This document shows positions 28,001 to 37,117 of a stretch of 64,000 nt of DNA, one piece after another. The position numbers and the translations under genes were made by a program. The notes under the pieces are model-generated. The model was not told the origin of the DNA. It saw nothing but the letters and a program-made list of their open reading frames with translations, and searched no databases. How positions within the stretch are numbered: position 1 is the first letter of the stretch; every line of letters starts with the position of its first letter. The stretch is from a bacterium BMS3Bbin03 (GTDB taxonomy: Bacteria; Zhuqueibacterota; JdFR-76; BMS3Abin05), in the NCBI GenBank assembly GCA_002898015.1, contig BDTM01000128.1, positions 138,418 through 202,417 on the forward strand, written 5' to 3'.

Positions 28001-28754
28001 GCAGGAAGAGGCCGAGCCGCATTCGGATGAATCTGAGAAAGAAGAAAGTGTTTCTCCTTTAGATGCCTATCTTGAAGAAATCTCCGAAAATAGAGTTTCT
28101 GAAAAAGCGGATAAAGATTCACGTAATGAGCCCGAAGTCGAAATTCCACCGGAAAAAATCTTTGATCAATTGAGTGTCCGCGTGGAGGAAGAAAAAGAAG
28201 AGCCGCTTGAAAATAATGTTCATAAAATTGACGATTTTGTCGATGATTTAATTATTGGAGATGAAGAAATAGAGCATGCCCTTGAAGAAGACAACCAATC
28301 GAACAAACCTGCAAAGCAGGACGTATTTCGAGAAGCGCCGGAAAATGAACTCCATAAAGTTAAAGAACTTCTTCTCACAGGGTTAAGGTTCTATTTAGAT
28401 AAAGATTACAAAAAAGCAATTGCGGTTTTCGAAAAGATTATCAAGGGAAATCCGGATCATTTTGAAGCCCATTACAATCTGGGGAATGCGTATTTTCGAA
28501 CAAAAGATTTTAAGAAGGCTGAAAAAGAATACTTAAAAGTCATCGAAATTGATCCGTCTTTTACGGATGCGCATGACAATTTAGGCGTGATTTATGCCAA
28601 TCGAAAGGATTTTAAAAAGGCCATTCAAATTTGGAAAAAGATTCTTGAACTTCACCCGGAACGGGAAGATGTCAAAAAGAATATCGAGAAAGCACTAAAA
28701 TTAAGCAAAAAACTGAAAAAAGCAAAACAAAAAGTAATCCCAAAACCGCAATAA
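25023..28754 (+). CDS. Fused partner-switching signalling protein: RsbW/SpoIIAB-like Ser kinase (HATPase) - TM - sensor - TM - HAMP - PP2C/SpoIIE phosphatase - transposase-like HTH - acidic disordered region - TPR
   Basis: Residues 1-140 (LKDLRNFVEK...AVDEASTNIIRHAY...GGLGIFMIRKLVDNIEY) match the anti-sigma kinase family. TM helices occur at about residues 160 and 335. The HAMP-like segment is EIGEIAQAFNEITYKFRKSQQSL. The PP2C core runs GFDIASHYESAKEVGGDYYDF...VVADVSGKGVPGSLVM...IYTDGVTEA...NDDISLVVIK. The HTH pair spans residues 660-790. About 300 aa are D/E-rich. The C-terminal TPR region is AHYNLGNAYFRTKDFKKA..., AHDNLGVIYANRKDFKKA.... Confidence 0.75.
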   Translation: MFKKIKKEELRVPAGVEHLKDLRNFVEKIGKKHHLPSNVVNSFKLAVDEASTNIIRHAYRDTSGEILIRAIVRKTSITLSLIDQGRFFNPANVKDPDLRRYVAIGKRGGLGIFMIRKLVDNIEYYHTDEGNELRLTKKIIKKPKKKISAPGIPGSLRVRYYAYSSAILSLIILFGYIYFFVRRNSEIRNQSFKQGEAAVRVLAKNSANWIGTPSELNLNKETKVILAQNPKLLSYALVVDKDGTVKGSTNFDLFKVFRPYSGVIIEQDFGKGRYFVQLPNDEKEYMIGKPIYIVDRTASNSKRFMGRAYVFISKNYVSHLVYKKRMQDLRVALLILLFGNTGVVLLVTLIISPFKRLAVWIRKASEGNIEDEMDIDTADEIGEIAQAFNEITYKFRKSQQSLQDQERLKHEMHLAQEIQQTLLPAEFPKVRGFDIASHYESAKEVGGDYYDFVEINQDKVGVVVADVSGKGVPGSLVMTMIRTALRTEARGTTSAAETLKRVNKFIIGDIKKGMFVTVFYAILDSRTRSLTFASAGHNPMILYRPATRKSYYLNPKGFPVGISLNDGDLFNRSLEDDSIRLTKGDIVIIYTDGVTEAMNSKRELFGEERLLDTVRRYGHLSAKEFVEKLKTEIVSFTEGQIQNDDISLVVIKENMTQEEEYEERAREVYYQVLNHVSATQACKDVNLPFNTFKKYQTIFEEVGIENFRSDYETAAVEARHLSIEEQTKIFDVIKKHPEYGAKRISEMLEKEEYGNAVLTENRVYNELVRLKLNTRQLRESFIARNKQKRKIKPPGTPLLTLDGRVIIEDSRAKLFAPILVKTEPGKEVPESAKEEGVLSGEVEEIISGLDIEPDKEKNAPAEDVKSKPAKKKREEKSILEKDIEEIVLSDPIDVFDKNQGTEEIVETSGAEEDQDDLLTIDGIEVFEREAGPAAEEENEVEDVSDKDGEISLEKLFDSLTMKTEKEKETDNGLEEGMDLLEYSILEEDHLLDVQEEAEPHSDESEKEESVSPLDAYLEEISENRVSEKADKDSRNEPEVEIPPEKIFDQLSVRVEEEKEEPLENNVHKIDDFVDDLIIGDEEIEHALEEDNQSNKPAKQDVFREAPENELHKVKELLLTGLRFYLDKDYKKAIAVFEKIIKGNPDHFEAHYNLGNAYFRTKDFKKAEKEYLKVIEIDPSFTDAHDNLGVIYANRKDFKKAIQIWKKILELHPEREDVKKNIEKALKLSKKLKKAKQKVIPKPQ

Positions 28755-28761
28755 ATTATTA

Positions 28762-28790
28762 TTGATTTTTTATAATATTTCGTTTATATT
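28762..28790 (+). promoter_or_regulatory. Candidate sigma70-type promoter (TTGATT-17-TATATT) upstream of the STAS gene
   Basis: Read directly in the AT-rich 70-bp gap. The -10 lies 35 nt upstream of ATG 28826, which has an AAAGGAG RBS. Confidence 0.35.
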
Positions 28791-28825
28791 AGCCTTAATC
28801 TATTTTCTCAAAAAGGAGACAGCCA

Positions 28826-29518
28826 ATGGAAGGAATCCAGGTTTCCGTATCAAAAACGGGTAGTCAGAACAATATTTCCGTTATAAAAGTGGGTGGATAC
28901 ATTGATACAACGACATCCGCAGAGCTGGAGAGATCCCTTGACCGATTGTTGAGAGCCGGGCATTACAATATTGTTGTCGATTTGGGTAATGTGGATTATA
29001 TTAGCAGCGCCGGTTGGGGGATATTTATCAGCGAAATTAAGGGGATTCGGGAAAAAAGCGGTGATTTAAAACTGGCAAATATGATTCCGGATGTTTACGA
29101 GGTGTTTGAACTTCTTGAATTTCACTATATTTTAAAAGCCTTCGATTCCACCGCAGAAGCCGTTAAAGATTTTGAAAAAGATCTTTTCTCAAGCGGTTCG
29201 AGCCGGCCGCAAGAGGAATTCTTGAAGGAAGAATCCTCAGAGGAGAAATCCGGGGGAGGAGAGAAGAGTGAAACACCCTCTTCCATACCCTCTCCATTCG
29301 GTGAAACAAAATCTTTGAGTCTTCAGGATAGAATTCGCAAGGCGGTGTTGGAAAAACCGGACGCAAGTCTGCTGGAAATTAAAAACGAGCTTAATACGGA
29401 AAAATATGGGTTTACAAAGATCGGAATCTTCCCTCTCTGGAGAGAACTGGGGAAACTCAGATTGCGTTCAAAAAAGAAACGGATCGCTTTTTTTAAGCAG
29501 AATGCATTTTCAAAGTGA
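28826..29518 (+). CDS. Anti-sigma factor antagonist (STAS domain, SpoIIAA/RsbV-like) with C-terminal extension
   Basis: ISVIKVGGYIDTTTSAELERSLDRLL...NIVVDLGNVDYISSAGWGIFISEI is a STAS fold, with a Ser in DYISSAG at the phospho-acceptor position. An extra roughly 110-aa C-terminal tail has a Ser/Glu-rich linker. Confidence 0.75.
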   Translation: MEGIQVSVSKTGSQNNISVIKVGGYIDTTTSAELERSLDRLLRAGHYNIVVDLGNVDYISSAGWGIFISEIKGIREKSGDLKLANMIPDVYEVFELLEFHYILKAFDSTAEAVKDFEKDLFSSGSSRPQEEFLKEESSEEKSGGGEKSETPSSIPSPFGETKSLSLQDRIRKAVLEKPDASLLEIKNELNTEKYGFTKIGIFPLWRELGKLRLRSKKKRIAFFKQNAFSK

Positions 29519-29740
29519 TTGATTGGGAAGCTGCGCAACTTTATCCTCCTTCTTCCTTTTGGGTCTAAAATCTTCATGACCGGCATTATTCGGGACAAAA
29601 AACAATTGATTTTCACCAAATTATTTCTTATTATTCTTTAACTGTGAAAAAGCCGCGCCATAGGGTGTGCTTTGCGCTTTCTTTGATGTCTTTATTGTGA
29701 ATAAATGGGTTCGATTAAAAATCCCGGAGGGAAAGTCAAG

Positions 29741-31006
29741 ATGAGTGAAAAATACGTTAAAGTGCCGGAAAAAGGTAAAAAGGTTACCATCGTCGACGGA
29801 AAATTATCCGTCCCGGACAATCCGATTATTCCGTTTATTGAGGGTGACGGCACCGGCCCGGATATTTGGCGTGCCGCAAAAATAGTGCTGGATGCCAGCG
29901 TTCAGAAAGCCTACAACGGAAAACGGAAGATTGAATGGATGGAATTATATGCCGGTGACAAAGCCCACAATTTGTACGGGGAATGGTTGCCCGATGAAAC
30001 CATTAAAATGATTTCGGAATATATCATTGCCATTAAAGGTCCGTTGACGACTCCGGTTGGCGGGGGCTTTCGAAGTCTTAACGTCACCATGCGGAAGGTG
30101 TTGGAGTTGTACGCCTGTGTGCGCCCGGTCAAATATTACAAGGGTGTCCCGAGTCCGGTGAAACATCCCGAAAAGATGGATGTGATCATCTTTAGAGAAA
30201 ACACGGAGGATGTGTACGCCGGTATTGAGTGGCGCGAAGGCACCAGTGAGGCGTTAAAGATTATCGGCTTCTTGAAAGATGAATTTGATGTGAACATCCG
30301 GAAGGACTCCGGAGTGGGTATCAAGCCGATCAGCGAATACGGAAGTAAACGTCTTGTGCGGAAAGCCATTCAATATGCCCTTGAGAATAAGCGTAAGAGC
30401 GTGACGCTGATGCACAAAGGCAATATCATGAAATATACGGAAGGCGCTTTTAAGGATTGGGGCTACAAAGTGGCAGCGGAAGAATTTGGTGACGTCACCC
30501 TCTCGGAAGCGGATCTCTGGGATAAATATGATGGTAAAATGCCTGACGGGAAGATTCTCATTAAGGACAGAATTGCGGACAACATGTTTCAGCAGGTTTT
30601 AACGCGCACGAATGAATACGACATTATTGCCACGCCGAATTTAAATGGGGATTACATCTCCGACGCCTGTGCGGCTCAGGTGGGCGGGCTTGGAATGGCC
30701 CCCGGCGCCAATATCGGTGATTATGTGGGTCTGTTTGAAGCGACACACGGGACGGCTCCTAAATACGCCGGACTGGACAAGGTTAATCCCGGTTCTTTAA
30801 TTCTTTCCGGTGTGATGATGCTGAAATATATGGGGTGGAACGAAGCGGGCGAATTAATTGAAAAAGCCATCTCCGAGACCATTCTCCAAAAGCGCGTCAC
30901 GTATGATCTGCACCGCCAGATCGAAGGCGCCACATTGCTGAAGTGCTCGGAATTTGGTTCGGCAATTGTCGAAAATATGGAGCAATTTGTGAAGTCACTC
31001 CGTTAA
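29741..31006 (+). CDS. icd: NADP-dependent isocitrate dehydrogenase
   Basis: [43 protein letters not shown] is collinear with the E. coli Icd N-terminus. GGAGGG RBS 9 nt upstream of ATG 29741. The ORF-track start at 29705 is probably an upstream in-frame extension. Confidence 0.9.
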   Translation: MSEKYVKVPEKGKKVTIVDGKLSVPDNPIIPFIEGDGTGPDIWRAAKIVLDASVQKAYNGKRKIEWMELYAGDKAHNLYGEWLPDETIKMISEYIIAIKGPLTTPVGGGFRSLNVTMRKVLELYACVRPVKYYKGVPSPVKHPEKMDVIIFRENTEDVYAGIEWREGTSEALKIIGFLKDEFDVNIRKDSGVGIKPISEYGSKRLVRKAIQYALENKRKSVTLMHKGNIMKYTEGAFKDWGYKVAAEEFGDVTLSEADLWDKYDGKMPDGKILIKDRIADNMFQQVLTRTNEYDIIATPNLNGDYISDACAAQVGGLGMAPGANIGDYVGLFEATHGTAPKYAGLDKVNPGSLILSGVMMLKYMGWNEAGELIEKAISETILQKRVTYDLHRQIEGATLLKCSEFGSAIVENMEQFVKSLR

Positions 31007-31031
31007 ACAGCCCAAGAAAAGGAGATCATTC

Positions 31032-31460
31032 GTGACAACAGATTACCCAAAAGCAGATGTGTCCATAAGATTAATTGCTTTTCTCATTGATCTGGCCGTT
31101 TATGTTGTGATCTGGGTATTGCTGTTTTTCTGGCTTCGACTTGGAAATTACCTGACCGGACTGGCTGCGGGATTGTACATTGTTTTCAGAGACGGATTGT
31201 TTAACGGCCAGAGTGTGGGAAAGAAGCTTATGCGCCAGCGCGTGATTCGAAGAGATTCGGAGGATGCGTGCGATTTTACCCATTCGGTGAAAAGGAATAT
31301 CATCCTTTATATTCCGAATTTGTTTCGTTTTATCAATTTTTTCGGCGGCATTCTGGGTGTTGTAATCGTGGCTCTGGAGCTTTATTTCATTTTTACAAAT
31401 GAGAAGGGTCTTCGCTGGGGCGATCAATTCGCAGAAACGCAGGTTATTAATGAAACATGA
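31032..31460 (+). CDS. RDD-family membrane protein
   Basis: GTG start with an AGGAG RBS. Three TM segments and the RDD motif region (FRDGLFNGQSVGKKLMRQRVIRRD). Confidence 0.65.
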   Translation: MTTDYPKADVSIRLIAFLIDLAVYVVIWVLLFFWLRLGNYLTGLAAGLYIVFRDGLFNGQSVGKKLMRQRVIRRDSEDACDFTHSVKRNIILYIPNLFRFINFFGGILGVVIVALELYFIFTNEKGLRWGDQFAETQVINET

Positions 31461-31487
31461 ATTGAAAATTGGGGTTTACTGGTTGAA

Positions 31488-31515
31488 AAAAGGCAGAGCA
31501 ATCTGCCTTTTTTTG
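31488..31515 (+). terminator. Rho-independent terminator after the RDD gene
   Basis: AGGCAG-agcaa-TCTGCC stem-loop followed by TTTTTTT (31509-31515). Confidence 0.65.
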
Positions 31516-31530
31516 TAACTTTAGAGTTAA

Positions 31531-33652
<2,122 letters not shown>

Positions 33653-33697
33653 TTCCGGAAAATACGGAAAACTCTAAACCGGGACACCAAATATTTG

Positions 33698-33726
33698 TTG
33701 ACATACAGGCAAAATATTTGTATATT
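33698..33726 (+). promoter_or_regulatory. Sigma70-type promoter TTGACA-17-TATATT upstream of the tRNA-Ser cluster
   Basis: Exact -35 consensus and a near-consensus -10, with the spacer counted as 17 nt. The first tRNA starts 25 nt downstream. Confidence 0.45.
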
Positions 33727-33750
33727 TAAAGTCGCTTGTGCGGAAAATTT

Positions 33751-33836
33751 GGAGGGCTAGTCCTAATTGGTAAGGCGGCGGTCTTGAAAACCGCTGGGTA
33801 TTTACCCTTGGGGGTTCGAGTCCCTCGCCCTCCGCC
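33751..33836 (+). tRNA. tRNA-Ser (anticodon TGA)
   Basis: Cloverleaf read by eye: acceptor GGAGGGC/GCCCTCC, anticodon stem GCGGT/ACCGC with loop CTTGAAA, a long variable arm, and a GGTTCGAGTCC T-loop. Confidence 0.85.
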
Positions 33837-33860
33837 GATGATTTGACAAAGAATTTGAGA

Positions 33861-33947
33861 GGAGAGGTGGCCGAGCTGGCTTAAGGCGGCGGTCTCGAAA
33901 ATCGCTTCACGTTTATCGTGACGGGGGTTCGAATCCCTCCCTCTCCG
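33861..33947 (+). tRNA. tRNA-Ser (anticodon CGA)
   Basis: Acceptor GGAGAGG/CCTCTCC, anticodon loop CTCGAAA, a long variable arm, and a GGTTCGAATCC T-loop. Confidence 0.85.
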
Positions 33948-33982
33948 CAATTAAGAATAAATTTAGAAAAACCAATGGCTTG

Positions 33983-34068
33983 GAGAGGTGGCCGAGCGGT
34001 TTAAGGCAGCGGCCTGCTAAGCCGTTGTAGGCGTTAGTCTACCGTGGGTTCGAATCCCACCCTCTCCG
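33983..34068 (+). tRNA. tRNA-Ser (anticodon GCT)
   Basis: Acceptor GGAGAGG/CCTCTCC, anticodon loop CTGCTAA, a long variable arm, and a T-arm GTGGGTTCGAATCCCAC. Confidence 0.85.
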
Positions 34069-34088
34069 CAAATGCCAGGGAGGTGTTT

Positions 34089-34442
34089 ATGGATTATGAA
34101 ATAAAACACATTGATGCCTGGTCGGTGATGAAAATTGTTTTTATTATTTCTCTGGTTTTAGGTTTTTTATTTGGTTTGTTTTATGTTCTTTTATTATCAA
34201 ATCTGTCGAATTTAGCGGGAAATTTCGGGGGAGAATTTGAGACGGGATTCCGGAATTTTAGCGGCGGCTTTCTTTTAATAATTGCCCTGTTTATCGATAT
34301 TTTTGTTTCGATTCTGTACGCCGTCATAGCGATGCTTTTTGCGGTTTTATATAATTTATTTGTGGGATGGTTTGGCGGAATAAAGATAGAGCTTGCCGGA
34401 GAAGGAATTCAATCACTTTCGAAAGAAGAATCACGACGATAA
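34089..34442 (+). CDS. Small hypothetical membrane protein (3 predicted TM helices)
   Basis: GGAGG RBS then ATG 34089 (MDYEIKH...). Hydrophobic segments IVFIISLVLGFLFGLFYVLLL, LLIIALFIDIFVSILYAVIAMLF. The ORF-track start at 34044 overlaps tRNA-Ser(GCT) and is rejected. Confidence 0.4.
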   Translation: MDYEIKHIDAWSVMKIVFIISLVLGFLFGLFYVLLLSNLSNLAGNFGGEFETGFRNFSGGFLLIIALFIDIFVSILYAVIAMLFAVLYNLFVGWFGGIKIELAGEGIQSLSKEESRR

Positions 34443-35870
34443 ATGGATAATTCTCAGCCTGATGTAAGGGTTCGCTTTGCTCCAAGTCCAACCGGGTACT
34501 TGCACATTGGAGGTGCACGAACAGCCATTTTTAATTGGCTCTTCGCCAGAAAAAATAACGGAAAATTCTTCCTTCGCATTGAAGATACGGACGTCGTCAG
34601 ATCTTCACAGGAGGTTGTGGATGCGATCTTTGAAAGTTTGAAATGGCTGGGATTGAATTGGGACGATGAGCCCAGATACCAGTCTCAACGGTTTGATGTG
34701 TATCGCAGGATCGCGGAAGAATTGGTCCAAAAGCGAAAAGCCTACCACTGTTATTGCGGGCAGGAGGATGAGCCGGAAGAGAACGCCGATGAAGGGGAAC
34801 GGAACAAATGCCAGTGTTATCTTTTAACGGTTAAAGAGAAAGAAGAATTAGACCGGAGAGGAATTTCGAGAGCCATTCGGTTTTGGGTTCCGGACGGAAC
34901 AACCATCATCGATGACCAGGTGTACGGGTCCATGGAATTCAACAACTCTGAGATTGAGAATTTCGTGATTCTTCGTTCAGACAAAATTCCCACGTATCAT
35001 CTGGCGGTTGTTGTGGATGACCACGATATGGGCATCACCCATATTATTCGTGGTGAGGATCATATTTCCAATACACCGAAACATATACTGCTGTACCATG
35101 CGTTGGGCTGGGAACCGCCTAAATATGCCCACGTTCCCCTGATTTTGGGTGAAGATAAGAAGCGTTTAAGCAAACGGCACGGCGCAACTTCGGTAATGGA
35201 GTATATGGATATGGGGATTTTACCGGATGCCATGGTAAATTATCTGGCGCTCCTGGGGTGGTCTCCCGGAGATGATCGTGAAATATTCCGAATTCCGGAA
35301 TTAATCGAAGCTTTTTCAATCAACGGAATTTCACGCAAGAGTGCGGTTTTCGATCCTAAAAAGCTGGAATGGGTGAACAGTGAACATCTTAAGATTTACC
35401 CGACGGAGGAACTCCTGCAGTGGGTCCTGCCGTCGTTAAGAGAATCGCACTTAATTACGGACTTTGATGCCGAACGAAAGGTCCCCTACCTGATAAGGGT
35501 TCTGGATCTTTTTAAAAATAGAATGAAAACGACAAAAGACCTGGCCAAATACGGCCGGTATTTCTTTAAAGATCCTGAACGGTACGATGAAAAAGCGCTT
35601 CAGCGATATTGGGAGGGTGCGGAAACAAAAGATCGTTTGCAGCGGTTAAAAGATCGCCTGAATGCTCAGGAAGAGTTTACTGCCGACAAAATAGAAGAAG
35701 TGACGCGGACATTGGCGTCCGAATTAGGGGTGTCGGCTGCCAAACTGATTCATCCGATGCGAATTTTGTTGACGGGGTTTTCGGTGAGTCCGGGGTTGTT
35801 CGAAATGATGGAGGTGCTTGGCCGGGACACCTGTCTGCGGCGGGTTGAGCGGGGTTTGAAAATATTGTAG
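34443..35870 (+). CDS. gltX: Glutamyl-tRNA synthetase
   Basis: VRFAPSPTGYLHIGGARTAIFNWLFAR (HIGH motif) and KRLSKRHG (KMSKS-like motif); 475 aa. Confidence 0.9.
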   Translation: MDNSQPDVRVRFAPSPTGYLHIGGARTAIFNWLFARKNNGKFFLRIEDTDVVRSSQEVVDAIFESLKWLGLNWDDEPRYQSQRFDVYRRIAEELVQKRKAYHCYCGQEDEPEENADEGERNKCQCYLLTVKEKEELDRRGISRAIRFWVPDGTTIIDDQVYGSMEFNNSEIENFVILRSDKIPTYHLAVVVDDHDMGITHIIRGEDHISNTPKHILLYHALGWEPPKYAHVPLILGEDKKRLSKRHGATSVMEYMDMGILPDAMVNYLALLGWSPGDDREIFRIPELIEAFSINGISRKSAVFDPKKLEWVNSEHLKIYPTEELLQWVLPSLRESHLITDFDAERKVPYLIRVLDLFKNRMKTTKDLAKYGRYFFKDPERYDEKALQRYWEGAETKDRLQRLKDRLNAQEEFTADKIEEVTRTLASELGVSAAKLIHPMRILLTGFSVSPGLFEMMEVLGRDTCLRRVERGLKIL

Positions 35871-35877
35871 ACTTTAC

Positions 35878-35948
35878 TGGGGAGTCGTCTAATGGCAGGA
35901 CAGCGGACTCTGGATCCGTCAATCGGGGTTCAAATCCCTGCTCCCCAG
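35878..35948 (+). tRNA. tRNA-Gln (anticodon CTG)
   Basis: Acceptor TGGGGAG/CTCCCCA, anticodon stem GCGGA/TCCGT with loop CTCTGGA, and a GGTTCAAATCC T-loop. Confidence 0.8.
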
Positions 35949-35968
35949 CTATGTTTTTAAAGATGTCT

Positions 35969-36042
35969 GCGCCCATAGCTCAACTGGAAAGAGCATCTGA
36001 CTTCGGATCAGAGGGTTGGGGGTTCGAGTCCTCCTGGGCGCG
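35969..36042 (+). tRNA. tRNA-Arg (anticodon TCG)
   Basis: Acceptor GCGCCCA/TGGGCGC, anticodon stem TCTGA/TCAGA with loop CTTCGGA, and a GGTTCGAGTCC T-loop. Confidence 0.8.
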
Positions 36043-36063
36043 CAATATCTTGAATGCCGTTTT

Positions 36064-36136
36064 GGCGCATTCGTCTAGTGGCCCAGGACGCTGGCCTCTC
36101 ACGTCGGTAACACGGGTTCGACTCCCGTATGCGCCG
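36064..36136 (+). tRNA. tRNA-Glu (anticodon CTC)
   Basis: Acceptor GGCGCAT/ATGCGCC, a Glu-typical D-arm TCGTCTAGTGGCCCAGGAC, anticodon loop CTCTCAC, and a T-arm ACGGGTTCGACTCCCGT. Confidence 0.85.
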
Positions 36137-36142
36137 CTATTT

Positions 36143-36216
36143 GCGCCCGTAGTTCAACTGGAAAGAGCGTCTGACTACGAATCAGAAGGTTGGGGGTTCG
36201 AGTCCCTCCGGGCGCA
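36143..36216 (+). tRNA. tRNA-Arg (anticodon ACG)
   Basis: Acceptor GCGCCCG/CGGGCGC, anticodon stem TCTGA/TCAGA with loop CTACGAA, and a GGTTCGAGTCC T-loop. Confidence 0.85.
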
Positions 36217-36218
36217 CT

Positions 36219-36701
36219 ATGTTTAAAACATTTGGAGCTGAAATCGGCGTTCATGAACGCCGGATGCGTTTGGCATTAGAGGAAGCGAAAATTGCCTTTG
36301 AGAAGGGGGAGGTCCCCGTTGGGGCAGTGGTTGTGTGGAAGAATCAAATTATTGGCCGGGGGCACAATGAGATTGAAACTCTGCAAGATCCCACGGCTCA
36401 TGCGGAAATCCTGGCTATCACGGCTGCTGCGAACACATTGTCTTCATGGCGTCTTGAGGGAGCCTCTCTTTATGTGACGTTGGAGCCCTGTCCCATGTGT
36501 GCGGGCGCCATCATTCATTCAAGGATTGGCAAGTTGTTTTTTGGGCCGGCAGACCCGAAATGGGGCGCCTGTGGTTCTCTTTACAACATTGTTCAGGACG
36601 AGCGGCTCAATCACAAGGTCGAGGTCATTTCAGGCGTTCTGGAAAAGGAATCGTCTGATCTTTTAAAAGAGTTTTTCAAGTTTCTCAGACGAAAAAACTA
36701 A
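36219..36701 (+). CDS. tadA: tRNA-specific adenosine deaminase TadA
   Basis: CDA-fold zinc motifs HAEILAI and PCPMCAGAI, plus EVPVGAVVV near the N-terminus. The ORF opens 3 nt after tRNA-Arg(ACG). In-frame ATG 36264 (MRLALEEAKIAF) is an alternative start. Confidence 0.85.
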   Translation: MFKTFGAEIGVHERRMRLALEEAKIAFEKGEVPVGAVVVWKNQIIGRGHNEIETLQDPTAHAEILAITAAANTLSSWRLEGASLYVTLEPCPMCAGAIIHSRIGKLFFGPADPKWGACGSLYNIVQDERLNHKVEVISGVLEKESSDLLKEFFKFLRRKN

Positions 36702-36740
36702 AACCATTTGAAGGCTGAATGGCTGCGAATTTTACGGTTT

Positions 36741-36826
36741 GGAGAGGTGTCCGAGCGGCTGAAGGAGCACGCCTGGAGAGCGTGTGTATCCTCTGGGTAC
36801 CGTGGGTTCAAATCCCACCCTCTCCG
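36741..36826 (+). tRNA. tRNA-Ser (anticodon GGA)
   Basis: Acceptor GGAGAGG/CCTCTCC, anticodon stem CACGC/GCGTG with loop CTGGAGA, a long variable arm, and a T-arm GTGGGTTCAAATCCCAC. Confidence 0.85.
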
Positions 36827-36845
36827 CTATTCGGTCGTGAAACCT

Positions 36846-36918
36846 GGGGCAGTAGCTCAGATGGGAGAGCGCTTCCCTCGCACGGAAGAGGCCGGCGGTT
36901 CGAGTCCGCTCTGCTCCA
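36846..36918 (+). tRNA. tRNA-Ala (anticodon CGC)
   Basis: Acceptor GGGGCAG/CTGCTCC with a G3:U70 wobble, the AlaRS identity element. D-arm TAGCTCAGATGGGAGAGCG, anticodon stem CTTCC/GGAAG with loop CTCGCAC, and a GGTTCGAGTCC T-loop. Confidence 0.85.
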
Positions 36919-36947
36919 CTAATTCCTGAAATAGTGGGATTTGTGAA

Positions 36948-37072
36948 CGGCTATCGTGTATGGGCAAGTCCTCCGCAATAGGAAGGTGCTCAACTCCGTC
37001 AGGACCGGGAGGTAGCAGCGGTCGGCATTCGGACTATGTGCCGGAGGGGAGCTTGCCCATTTGCGATAGTCG
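36948..37072 (+). ncRNA. ffs: Signal recognition particle RNA (4.5S/ffs-like), not in the ORF track
   Basis: An extended hairpin pairs GCTATCG...GGGCAAGTCCTCCG with CGGAGG..GCTTGCCC...CGATAG. The apical domain-IV motif GTCAGGACCGGGAGGTAGCAGCGGTCGGCA parallels E. coli 4.5S GUCAGGUCCGGAAGGAAGCAGCCAAGGCA, including the GNRA tetraloop and the conserved AGCAGC. It sits immediately upstream of dnaX, as in Bacillus. Confidence 0.7.
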
Positions 37073-37117
37073 AGGGTTTCTTCTGTAAGTTCATCTGTTT
37101 TAAAGATTGTTAATCTT

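Noticed and set aside
29705-29740. The upstream in-frame extension of icd given in the ORF track (start 29705).
   Set aside because: ATG 29741 aligns with the Icd N-terminus of other bacteria and has a well-spaced GGAGGG RBS. The extension lacks one.
33726-36929. ORF-track entries 33726-33950 (-), 35677-35976 (-), 35951-36226 (+), 36708-36929 (+) and 36719-36922 (+).
   Set aside because: Each overlaps one or more clear tRNA genes with complete cloverleaf structure. They are not protein-coding.
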